Below, one piece after another: positions 45,770-57,200 of a stretch of 64,000 nt of DNA (positions are counted from its first letter, which is position 1; every line of letters starts with the position of its first letter). The stretch lies in NCBI GenBank assembly GCA_950097015.1, contig CATNEN010000033.1, positions 4,278,001-4,342,000 of the forward strand. Reading direction: 5' to 3'. The DNA is from Macrostomum hystrix. Taxonomy: Eukaryota; Animalia; Platyhelminthes. The position numbers and the translations under genes are program-made. Below the pieces are notes generated by a model. The model did no database searches. It saw only the letters and a program-made list of their open reading frames with translations, and had not been told where the DNA came from.

Positions 45770-47377
45770 GCGGTAACCGAGCGCCCAGCCAAGGAGGGCA
45801 ACCTGCTCAAGTGGACCAACTATGTGAGCGGTTGGCAGCCCCGCTGGTTCCGCTTGACTGACGGCACCCAGTTGTCCTATTACCTCAGCAGGGAGGAGGT
45901 CAGCTCCGGCTGCCGCGGCTCCGTCAACATCTCCGTCTGCGATGTCCTGCCCAGTCAGCACGATCCGCTGCGCTTCGACCTCAGCATCCCCGGCGAGCAG
46001 CTCTGGCACCTGCGGGCCACCACCCAGGCCGACAGGCAGAGCTGGATTGTCACCATCGGCTCCTCCAAGGCCTGCGTAGCTAACGGCTCCAGCCGGCCGG
46101 ATGTCGCTGGCGCCACCGCCGGCTCTGGTGCGGCCAACGCAGCCGCGGCCGCCGCGTGCGCCGCTGCCACTGTTAACCCCCGCACCCTGGAACAGCTGGC
46201 AACGAAGAAGTCGGAGCTGCGTCTCTATCACAGCCTGCTGCGGCAGCAGCTGCGTGAGCTTCAAGCCGAGCTCGGCGAGGGCCGCGCGCCAGATATGAGC
46301 AAGCTGGACGACACCACCGGCCTGCTGAACGCCACCGCCGATACATTCGCCAGGGCGCTAGACGACTGTCTAGCTCTGGCCAACACCATCGGCGAGGTGG
46401 CCGCAGCTGCTTCAACAGCCATGTCGCCCAGGCTTCCGCAGTCTCACCGGCAGCACCATCGGCCAGCTTCGGGCTCGTCGCTGGCCTCGGTACTAGGACC
46501 GACAGGCTCGCCCGCTTTCGCATCCTTGTCCTCGGAGTTGACCGGCTTCGTTGCCAACCCGGGCGAGGAGGGCGTCCTGGCGCCTTTGGTCACCGACCTG
46601 TCGGTTGACGCCTCTGCAATCTCTTCCGCGACCAGCGCCGACGCCATTGGCTCCGTTTCTTCGCCGGAAGGCGGCGCCGCAGTCGATCGGCCACCGATTC
46701 GTCGACGCCAGCCGGCCAGGAAGCGCCGAATCAACACCTTTTTCAGCCTTCTGCCGGCCTCCTTCGAGGACATCCGCCTGGGGCCTGGCGGCGACGTGCC
46801 GGTTGTGCCATTCTTGGAGGCCTGCGGCGGCCTAATCAGCCTGATTGACATCTTCGAGTCCACCGCCTTCCTGCCAGTCAGAAACGATGTCCTCGGCAAC
46901 ATCGGCAAGCTGCGGGCTAAGCACGACTCGCTGAGTCCGCTGGCTGCCCACGCGCTGCAGTCTCTGATTGAGGCGGAGGTCAGGCTGGGCCACAGCGCCG
47001 ACCTGAACTCGGCTTCGGTGGCGCTGCTCTGGCTCAACCGGTCCATCCTCTTCCTGCAGTTGTTCATCGCCAAGCTCTGCGAATCTGACGACGAGGATCT
47101 CACGCAGGCGGCCACGGAGGCCTACGCCGGCTCCCTGAAGCCCTTCCACGGCTGGGTCGTGCGTGGCGTCTTCTCGCTGGTTGCCAAGGCGTTGCCAACC
47201 AGAATGGAGCTGCTCCAGCGGCTGAGCCGCGGCAAGCCGGATGCGGCCATGGAGGCGCAGTTCCTTGCCGCGGTGGTGGCCGATGCCAGGTGCTACGCCG
47301 GGGCCATGGCCGTGGTTACGGGCCTCGTCACCAAGCTGCTGGTTGAGAACGGTCTGGAGTCCAAGCAGCAGATCTGA
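45770..47377 (+). CDS. PLEKHA8: FAPP2/PLEKHA8-like PH-domain + glycolipid-transfer (GLTP) domain protein; start codon is in an unidentified upstream exon
   Basis: EGNLLKWTNYVSGWQPRWF..LSYY..GCRGS..RFDLSIPGEQ..WIVTIGSSKAC (FAPP-type PH). C-terminal VRNDVLGNIGKL, LLWLNR and SLKPFHGWVVRGVF (GLTP). An in-frame TAG at 45749 and acceptor TTCCAG at 45769 bound the exon. Confidence 0.9.
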   Translation, partial: AVTERPAKEGNLLKWTNYVSGWQPRWFRLTDGTQLSYYLSREEVSSGCRGSVNISVCDVLPSQHDPLRFDLSIPGEQLWHLRATTQADRQSWIVTIGSSKACVANGSSRPDVAGATAGSGAANAAAAAACAAATVNPRTLEQLATKKSELRLYHSLLRQQLRELQAELGEGRAPDMSKLDDTTGLLNATADTFARALDDCLALANTIGEVAAAASTAMSPRLPQSHRQHHRPASGSSLASVLGPTGSPAFASLSSELTGFVANPGEEGVLAPLVTDLSVDASAISSATSADAIGSVSSPEGGAAVDRPPIRRRQPARKRRINTFFSLLPASFEDIRLGPGGDVPVVPFLEACGGLISLIDIFESTAFLPVRNDVLGNIGKLRAKHDSLSPLAAHALQSLIEAEVRLGHSADLNSASVALLWLNRSILFLQLFIAKLCESDDEDLTQAATEAYAGSLKPFHGWVVRGVFSLVAKALPTRMELLQRLSRGKPDAAMEAQFLAAVVADARCYAGAMAVVTGLVTKLLVENGLESKQQI

Positions 47378-48107
47378 AGCCACTACCAGCTTTGGAAGCC
47401 GAACCCGAAACTTTTAAACTTTTAAAGGACGGCTTTTTAATTGTTTATTAAGAAGCTTTTTTCCACAGAAATGTCGTACAGTCCCTCAGAGATCGTATTT
47501 TCTCATCTGAGCACTAGCGGATAAAACATTGCTATGTTAATAGCAGGACTGTGTTTGTATTTACTAGAAAGAACTATTTTGAAGCCACGAGAGCCCATAG
47601 CTGTCTGCTGATTATCGATTCTCTATTCACTTTACCTGCCGTCGTTTGACTTTGCGTTTCAATTTCGACTCGAAAGCATATCCATGATATTGTTCAGCGT
47701 TGGTGTGCGTGCGTGTGCGTGCGTGTGTGTTTTTTCATATCTTAACTCTAATTTCCAGCATTAGCCAGTTTGCCAAGCCAGTTAATGTTGCTTGATATTT
47801 ATATATTTTCAGATCTGCGGTACTAAAATAGCATGCTTTGGTTAGGACACCTGATTTAGTCTAGTTCACTATGAAATCTTGAACATTTCTAGAATTTAGC
47901 TTAAAATACTCGCAAAATTGGACATTTATTCTAGCAGTTTATAAACAGCTTTTCAAAACGAGAACCCTCCAATTATATTGTTCGCCCGTGCTCTTACTTC
48001 CCTGTTTTGCTATCTTTAGAGATTTCGCGGCTTTTACGCGCGCAAACTCACAGGTCACACTAAACCCTCTGCCTTGCTCTACTTTACATTGGCTTTTGAC
48101 CCACCGA

Positions 48108-48660
48108 GTGTGTGTGAGTGTGTGTGTGTGAGTGTGTGTGTGAGTGTGTGTGTGAGTGTGTGTCTGTGTGTGTGAGTGTGTGTCTGTGTGTGTGAGTGTG
48201 TGTGAGTGTGAGTGTGTGTGTGAGTGTGAGTGTGTGTCTGTGTGTGTGAGTGTGTGTCTGTGTGTGTGAGTGTGTGTCTGTGTGTGTGAGTGTGTGTGTG
48301 AGTGTGTGAGTGTGTGTGAGTGTGTGAGTGAGTGTGTGTGTGAGTGTGTGTGTGAGTGTGAGTGTGTGTGTGAGTGTGAGTGTGTGTGTGTGTGTGAGTG
48401 TGTGTGTGTGAGTGAGTGTGTGTGTGAGTGTTAGTGTGTTAGTGAGTGTGAGTGTGAGTGTGTGAGTGTGAGTGTGAGTGTGTGTGTGTGAGTGTGTGTG
48501 TGAGTGTATGTGTGAGTGTGTATGTGTGTGAGTGAGTGTATGCGTGAGTGAGTGTGTGTGTGTGTGTGTGTGCTGTTTCTGTGTGAGTGTGTGTGTGAGT
48601 GTGAGTGTGTGTGCTGTTTCTGTGTGAGTGTGTGTGTGTATGTGTGTGAGTGTGTGTGCT
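48108..48660. repeat. (GT)n/(GTGA) compound microsatellite
   Basis: Read directly. Confidence 0.97.
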
Positions 48661-49319
48661 GTTTCAGCGGTTTATTTAGTTCTTATTCCGTGTGTCAATC
48701 GTCCAGCTTATTCCAGTGACCCAAGCAGCTTCCGCATCTGTGAGCTCTGTTCTTGGCTTGTTTGTGTTCTTGGCTAGAAGAGTCGATAATATTATATTTT
48801 TGTTAGAAATTGTTTAGCCACTGCCGGGGCAGAGGTTTGGTTTCGTTGACTTCCAGCGCGCTGCTCCGTGGCCCGCCTTACCGCCAGCCGACATCCTTCT
48901 GTGATAGACTTCACATCCGCACTATTAACTGCGCACTATAGCAGCGCAGTTGCCTATCCCACTGTGCCCGCACATCTTATATGTTTATTCCACCGCCCAA
49001 CTCGCTAATGCACATAGACGGAGTTCATGTCCTTTTTTGCTTACTAATGCACTAGTTGCTTTTTGGATTTGCCTGCGCTCTGCGCTTTTTTGTTCATAGA
49101 TCTACCAAAATAAACGGTGCATGCTTGTTCTATCTCGCACTCTCTGCTATCGGAGGCTACGGGATAGCCTGGTGTTTAGACCATAGACATAATCTCGAGT
49201 GTTCCAAAACTCTGTTTTGTGTCGCTCTAAGTTTTGAAATCTCGACTGATTCTCGTCCCGGCTTCTGCAACGCAAGACGAAGCGACATGTACAGCACCTT
49301 CTCTTTGCAACTTTTACTA

Positions 49320-49460
49320 CGATTCTAGCTGCGATTCTAGCAGTAGTTCCTGCTGCGATTCTAGCAGTAGTTCCTGCTGCGATTCTAGCAGTAGTTCCTG
49401 CTGCGATTCTGCTTGTAGCTCTTGCTACGATTCTGGCAGTAATTCCTGCTACGATTCTGG
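49320..49460. repeat. Short 24-bp tandem repeat (GCGATTCTAGCAGTAGTTCCTGCT), about 5 decaying copies
   Basis: Read directly. Confidence 0.85.
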
Positions 49461-50119
49461 CTGCAACTTCCAGTACTGCACAGAATTGCATTTAGCTCGT
49501 ACTGCTGTACGTCAGTGCATTGATCAGTTTCGAAGATGACGTCATTAGTATTGTAAAATATTTTATTGGGACTCAAATAAACGAAACTAAAGTAACGGCA
49601 GTAAATTTACAAACAATATTGCATAAGATGCCTCTGAGGACGAGAAACAATTTTTGCAGGTCCTGTTGCGCAATAAAAGTTTATTTTTACGAGATTTTGA
49701 ACTACTGTAATTTTGTGTTCTCCTAATAAAAATATTGGGGTAATCTTAAAACATTCTGTCAGATAAAACTGTTTTGCAATAGCCACAAGCCATATTTCTA
49801 TCTTCTTGATTCAGCAAGGCGGTTACATGACTGCGGCATTGCAAAATCTCTTCATAAAAAATTTAATGCATTGACACTAAAAAAGGACAACAAAAGACGT
49901 TTGACAAGACAGGAAAAACACGATTTGACAAGAATAGGTTGCGCAATAACCGCTGTGCTTCATGCACTTCTCTACTTCACGTTGGAATGCATGTTCAGTC
50001 CATTGATTTGACACAGCAGCATGGTGGGCGCGTTTGCAAGATTTTTTGCTTTTACTTGTAAGGAAAGCTGACTCAAAGCAGGTGGCTATTAACAACTACA
50101 CTCACGGCTTCACAAACTC

Positions 50120-51208
50120 ACTGACACTTTAAATATCTACTGACATCACTCTCACTGACACTTTAAATATCTACTGACATCACTCTCACTGACACTTTTA
50201 ATATCTACTGACATCACTCTCACTGACACTTTTAATATCTACTGACATCACTCTACCTGACACTTTTAATATCTACTGACATCACTCTCACTGACACTTT
50301 AAATATCTACTGACATCACTCTCACTGACACTCTAAATATCTACTGACATCACTCTCCGACACTTTTAATATCTACTGACATCACTCTCACTGACACTTT
50401 AAATATCTACTGACATCACTCTCACTGACACTTTAAATATCTACTGACATCACTCTCACTGACACTTTTAATATCTACTGACATCACTCTACCTGACACT
50501 TTTAATATCTACTGACATCACTCTACCTGACACTTTTAATATCTACTGACATCACTCTCACTGACACTTTTAATATCTACTGACATCACTCTCCGACACT
50601 TTTAATATATACTGACATCACTCTCACTGACACTTTAAATATCTACTGACATCACTCTCACTGACACTTTTAATATCTACTGACATCACTCTCACTGACA
50701 CTTTTAATATCTACTGACATCACTCTCACTGACACTTTTAATATCTACTGACATCACTCTCACTGACACTTTAAATATCTACTGACATCACTCTCACTGA
50801 CACTCTAAATATCTACTGACATCACTCTCACTGACACTCTAAATATCTACTGACATCACTCTCACTGACACTTTAAATATCTACTGACATCACTCTCACT
50901 GACACTTTTAATATCTACTGACATCACTCTCACTGACACTTTTAATATCTACTGACATCACTCTCACTGACACTCTAAATATCTACTGACATCACTCTCA
51001 CTGACACTTTAAATATCTACTGACATCACTCTCACTGACACTTTTAATATCTACTGACATCACTCTCACTGACACTTTTAATATCTACTGACATCACTCT
51101 CCCTGACACTTTTAATATCTACTGACATCACTCTCACTGACACTCTAAATATCTACTGACATCACTCTCCCTGACACTTTAAATATCTACTGACATCACT
51201 CTCACTGA
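50120..51208. repeat. 34-bp satellite (CTGACACTTTAAATATCTACTGACATCACTCTCA), about 32 copies, abutting the nuclear receptor stop codon
   Basis: Period measured as 34 (50121 to 50155). Confidence 0.97.
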
Positions 51209-51222
51209 GCTGCACCCGAGTG

Positions 51223-52902
51223 TCACACGCTGAGCTCTGCGTGTCTGGCTAGCAGGCCATGATAGAACTCAACCCGTTTGACCTCGCTGATCAGCAGCAG
51301 AGCCCGGCTGTATCTGTCGGGCCCGCCGCTGCCGTTTAGCAGCAGTTCGCGAAGCCAGCGCAGATGAGCCAGGTGAAACAATCCCAGCTGACTGTGATCC
51401 TCCGCTCCGTTCAGCGCGCTGAAGTCCGGCCGGTAGAAGTAAACGCCCAGCAGCAGCATGACTCCGGCGCCCAGCCGGTCCTGGAACAGAAGCCGGAGCT
51501 GCTCGTACAGCCGGCTGAGCGCGCGCACCAAGGCCACAATGTCCGTGGCTGCCAGTGGCGGCCGCTCACCGATGATGAGATCGGAGAACACTCCCGCAAC
51601 CGTCTGCGACAGAGGCTGCCGCGCCGCCGACTGCGAGCTGGAGCTGTCACCCGCTGCCGGCGTCACCATCTGACCGCTGCCGGGCTCGTAGTGAAGACAG
51701 CGCAAAATGGCGCACAGACCTCCGATCTTCTCCTGCGGGGCGGGGTGGTGCGGAATCGGATGCAGCCGCTTCCTCAAATCACTCATCATGAGGAAGAAAG
51801 TGTCAGGTGGCACTCACGGACACCATCACGAAGGCCTGGCCTCTGTCCAGCTGGGCAAAGTGCGGCAGAAACCGAATGACCGTCAGCGCCCGCCTCGTCA
51901 GCGTCTCTAGCAGCCGGAGACCGGACCTGGTGTCGTTCACCAGCAGCTCGGCTGGTGGCAGCTCGAACGGATCGCAGAACAACTCAGCCATGCGAGTCAG
52001 GTGCTCCAGTAGGTCCGCAGTTAGTGTTGGCTGCGATTGGTCCGACCGCAACTCGAGGGCCAAGGCGTCGATTGCGGCCTTCGAAACTGCAGGAAAAAAT
52101 GAGCTTTTTTTTAGAGTTGACATATGTTCTAGGATCTAGGATCTGGGATCTAGGATCTGGGATCTAGGATCTGGGATCTAGGATCTGGGATCTAGGATCT
52201 GGGATCTAGGATCTGGGATCTAGGATCTGGGATCTAGGATCTGGGATCTAGGATCTGGGATCTAGGATCTGGGATCTAGGATCTGGGATCTAGGATCTGG
52301 GATCTAGGATCTGGGATCTAGGATCTGGGATCTAGGATCTGGGATCTAGGATCTGGGATCTAGGATCTGGGATCTAGGATCTGGGATCTAGGATCTGGGA
52401 TCTAGGATCTGGGATCTAGGATCTGGGATCTAGGATCTGGGATCTAGGATCTGGGATCTAGGATCTGGGATCTAGGATCTGGGATCTAGGATCTGGGATC
52501 TCACCGATCTCCGTCCTGACGCCGCGCCGTTCGCGGCTCTTGCGCATGCCGGCCCTGGTGCACTTAGCGAATCGACAGGAGGCGCAGGATTTACGGGAGG
52601 CCCCTTCGATGCGGCAGTTGCCGTTCTGGTAGCAGATCAGTTGCTAAGGTGGGTTGTTTAGGATGTAAAATATATTTTGTTAGACTTATTATATCCGCAG
52701 GCCGCAGAAAGTAATTGTGCATCGATTCGCACAAACTGGAATCCCGGTCGCTTTGACCTACCTTTGAGGCGTTCCGGCTATAGAAGATGCGACAGCTGAC
52801 GCAGCTGGGCACCCCGAAGTTCTTGCGAACGTTGGTGGTGGCGCCGCACACGCGGCACTCCTCCTGGATGATGTTGGGTCGGCCCTGGTCAAGCGAGGAC
52901 AT
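51223..52902 (-). CDS. Divergent nuclear hormone receptor (C4 DBD + LBD), possibly NR1I/J (HR96)-related; complement join(52902..52762,52643..52505,52086..51818,51732..51223), 352 aa
   Basis: Finger 1 CRVC..NFGVPSCVSCRIFYSRNA; finger 2 CYQNGNCRI..RKSCASCRFAKC..GM; LBD signature IRFLPHFAQLDRGQ; later LLLGVYFYRPD. Three GT-AG introns keep frame (1059 nt). Subfamily is an inference. Confidence 0.88.
52130..52500. repeat. Perfect 14-bp minisatellite (GGATCTAGGATCTG), about 26 copies, filling nuclear receptor intron 2
   Basis: Read directly; alternating 7-mers GGATCTA and GGATCTG. Confidence 0.98.
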
Positions 52903-54254
52903 GTCTGTGCTCAGGGAGCTCGGATACAGCAGGCTTGTTGATAAGAAGAGCCGAGTCTCGTTAGTGACTTGCAAGATTTTATACACCTCAGCAGCTCAGT
53001 AAGTAGGGCAAGGGAGAAGAAAGATCAGGCTGGGGTGTGGCTCCCATCGGTTCGATTCGCCTGTGCAGCTGGGGATCGCGTGAATACAGAACTGGCCAAT
53101 GAGCGACGATTGTCTTCTCACTCACGGCTCGGAACCTGACTGTTTATCCACTGGCTGTTCAAGCCGCTCAAAGGTCAGGTAGTTAAGGGCGCAGCTCGAG
53201 TCTGTGTGGGGGAGACAAGCCGAACTGGTGTGCCTTTGATGCTGCCGCTGACTGACTCCTCAACCCATCTATTTTATAGTCGCTTACATAGGGTGGTACA
53301 AAGAAAAGTCCACCGCATGTTTAGTGACAACTTTTTCATAAATCAACTGCTTCATGCTTGTCATTTTCGCTAAGTCAGTTTTCGCTAACCATGACGAGTC
53401 ATTGGAGAGCGTGAGTTGGTGGCAGAGCCCCTATCCCGTCTGGTTCTCAGGGACCCCAATTCATTCCCTGAGCTCGAATCCGGAGGCGACATAATTTTTT
53501 TTGGCGCATGGCTCCTGGGGGCTTTTTGCAAGTTACGTGATTGAGTTCACTGCCAGGGAATTCAGGTCAGGGCAGATTTACACGCCTGTGTAAGTGTGTG
53601 CTTGCGAACGGTATGTGTCAGCGGAGTCAGTGGAAAGGACACAATTGCTTCTCGCTGACCGCCGGCCGTCACCAAATTATGTACAAGCGCCCACAGCCCT
53701 CCATGCAAATGTTGTTCCCTTATCTCGGATGTCAACTTCCCTACGATAACTTACGAGTAAAAAACTAAAACACGGCATCAGAAATAGGAAAAGTATGAGG
53801 AGAAAAAATGAAAGAATTGTCAGTGTTTCTTGTACTCAGCTTCTTCTGCGATAACTTACAATGGGCGAAGTAGATTTTGAGGGTTAGAGAGATAGAGACG
53901 GACTGAGTACTGCCCCACCTCCCTCTCTACCGACAGCGTCTCGTGGCATTTTCCGAGCTCCGAAGCGCATTCAATTGTTATTTGGTGTTCGCGGAGGGCG
54001 TCAGTCCTGAGCAGCGGGGCAGTGGGTTTTCGCACTCTTTGGGTGGCACGCAGGGTGGATACACCTGAACTGGAGGGGTGGGCAGAACTGGGTGGGAACT
54101 CCGACCCAGTCTTTCAGCTCTGCGTTTCAAGGCGCACCCATTTCTTTTCTAAAAAAACATTTCTATAAGAAAGTAGTGACAAGAACCCAGGAATAAATCT
54201 GATTTTATCCACAATTCCCGGGAGACAAAAAAGACGGGAAGCTCCTGGCCCGAG

Positions 54255-57200
54255 ATGTCCTTTCTCAGTCTGCTGCTGATTGCAGCTTTCGGCTTTCTGA
54301 CCACTGCAGCCAATTTGGCGCCATATTTTGTCAGGGATCTCAGCGGCACCAACATTCGAGAGGACACAGCGCCCGGCACTGTCATTGGCACCGTACAGGC
54401 CAGAGATCCCGAAGGCTTCGCGATCCAGTACCGGATTAACTCGGCCTTCTTTGTCATCGATGCGCGCACCGGCGCGGTCACTTTGTTCAGAAACATCGAC
54501 TACGAGACTACCAAATCCGTCACGTCGGTGTTTATCATAAACTCCTACGACGACAATGTCCAAGTGGTCAGCCGTTCTGTCACATTCGGAATTATTGACG
54601 TGAATGACGTGGCGCCTGTGTTCACGCAGCCGGTGTTCTCAGGCTCGGTTGACGAGGGCTCGCCCAATGGCACCATAGTCATCGCCAGCGTGGTGGCCAC
54701 GGATGTCGACGAGACGGGTCCGGGCCTGACTGTGGAATGCGATCGGCCGAGCGTAGCCTCGGAATTCGCCGGCGTCTGCGACGTTTTCGAAGTTCTTCGC
54801 ACCGCGCCAATGCAGGTCCGCAGCTGGACTGGCAGCATTGTTCTGCGCGGCAGCGTGGCCTACAAGGACAAAACTGCGTGGCAGCTTCCGCTAAAGGCAT
54901 TCGACGGCCGCTTCGTGACAATCGGTAGCGCCGAAATTCGGATCAATGACATACAGAATGAGCCGCCAATCTTCGTGACTTCGATGAACGTCCAGACCTA
55001 CGAGCAGTTCGAAGGCGCCATCATCACAGTTGTGCAGGCAATCGACCAGGACCGGGGCAATCCCAGGCCAGTTGTGTACTCCCTTATGACCAATCCGGGT
55101 GGCTTGTTTTCTGTTGAAACCAGCCTCACCTCCGGATTGGGTACGATCACAAATATCAAGGATCTGGACCGCGACTTGGACCCCGTGCTGGCTGACGGGT
55201 TTGTCTCTGTCGTGATCAAAGCAAGTGAGGTGATTAATGCAACTGCGAAGATTTATGGCAATGACAGCCTCACAACGGCCACTGCCACACTAGTGATCAC
55301 AGTTGTTGGAATCAATAACAAGCCCCCCACATTCAGTGTGGAAAACGCAGTTGTTAACATGCCAGAAAACATTCCAACCAACAGCCCCCTGCCTGGACTG
55401 TCGCTGACCGTTAAAGATCTTGACCAAGGCGTTAACGCATCTTTTGTCATCGTATTGCTTAACCACACGGGTATATTCTCAGTGGAGCCCTCGAATGGAC
55501 AGGAATTGGCTGTGGTCTCCATTCGGGTAAAAAATACATCCGCCATCGATTATGATCTCGGCACAAAATTGTACATGCTTAGCATTGAAGCTCGTGAAGA
55601 CAAGAGTCCTGTCGGCCTGAGGCTCACTGGATCCAGCACCATCGCAGTCGTAGTGGTGGACATCAACGATCTCAGTCCAGTGTTTAATTCAAGCTCTTAC
55701 AGTTTCACAGTTTCTGAGTTGGCGACCGAAGGTACGGTGGTGACGTTTGGCATCCAGGCGACGGACGCCGACTCCGGTGTCTTCGGCACGGCGGGAATTC
55801 GATATTCGCTTATCGGCAACGGCGCGGACAAGTTCGAGATCCGCGATCCAACCAGGGCCATTGTTAGCATCCGTCGCTGCGCAGGGGTTCTCGGCAAAGG
55901 TCCACTCTGTCTGGATCGTGAAATGGTTGTGACTTACACGCTCTTCCTGGTTGCCACTGACAACCTAGGAGCTGGGAACGCGAACTCTACCACAGTTATC
56001 ATCACATTGTTGGACGAAAATGACAATGCCCCGATATTTGACAGCGCAACTGGAACGTATGAGTTTTTCATTAACGAAGGCCAGACTAGTGGTTCACCGA
56101 TTTTTCAAGTCTCAGCCACAGACGCCGATTCCCCTCTGAATGGCAACAATGTCATCCAGTACTCGATCGTCGGCGCAAATGGAACAACGGACGGTCTTTG
56201 GAGAATTCTGACTGGCGGAATCATCATCGCATCGCGGCCTGTGGATTACGAGACTATTCCGGGCCTGACCGGGAGCTACATATTTTTTGCTCAGGCTCAA
56301 GACTCCTCGTCTCCCTACTTCAAAGCCTACGCCAGGGTTGTTATAAATGTGATCGATTTAAACGACAACGCGCCGATTTTTACGGTGCCCAGCCCAGTCA
56401 GTTTGTCTGTGCTGGAGACTATGAACGGTACGCACTATTTGACAACACTGAGAGCAACAGACGGTGACTTGCCCACCACTGCGAATGGCCGAGTGTCCTA
56501 TTACATCCAATCCGGAGCTCAGGGAAAATTCGTCATCAATGCAACATCAGGAGAGCTAAGCACAACTGCCAGCGCGACCTTCGACTACGATGTTCAGCCT
56601 GTTTATGTTTTGGGTATAATAGCCGAGGACGGAGGCAGTCCAAGGTTGCAGGCGGTGATGCGAGTTAATGTGCAGGTGATTGACACCAACAACAGGTTTC
56701 CGTACTTTCTAATGAATCCGAAGCTGGTGCAGATTTACGAAAATGCCACGATTGGCACCATTGTAACACAAATGACAGCCGTTGATCAAGACTCAACCTC
56801 GCAGCTTAACTTCACAGTGCTCTCGACTGTTTACAAGAAGCTAGATAGCACTGTCACAACTAGCAACGCAACCCTGTTCGACCTGAGTCCCACATCGGCA
56901 AACGTAACCGTGCTGAATAAATTAAATCGAGATATGGTCTCAGAAGTGAGCATGTTGATCCACGTTGCAGATCTTAACGCTACTTCAGCCCAGACTGCTA
57001 CGGCAACACTTATCATCGCTATACTAGACGTCAACGACAGATATCCAGAGTTTGTAAGCCCTTGGACACTGGCCAATCCGTATTATAATCTGACTGTCGA
57101 CGAAGAGCAACCGATTGGTACTTTCGTTGCCGTTCTGACTGCAACCGATCCAGACGGGCCTCTGAGCGGATACTACATTGTGAATGATCCGCTCTCAGCT

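Noticed and set aside
44780-45790. MND1-FAPP2 fusion via GACTAC|GTGAAC spliced to 45770
   Set aside because: In frame, but the donor is weak and DYVN matches the normal MND1 C-terminus; no positive evidence.
13112-52500. Regular short-period arrays as possible CRISPR arrays
   Set aside because: Units are head-to-tail with no unique spacers, there are no cas genes, and the context is eukaryotic.
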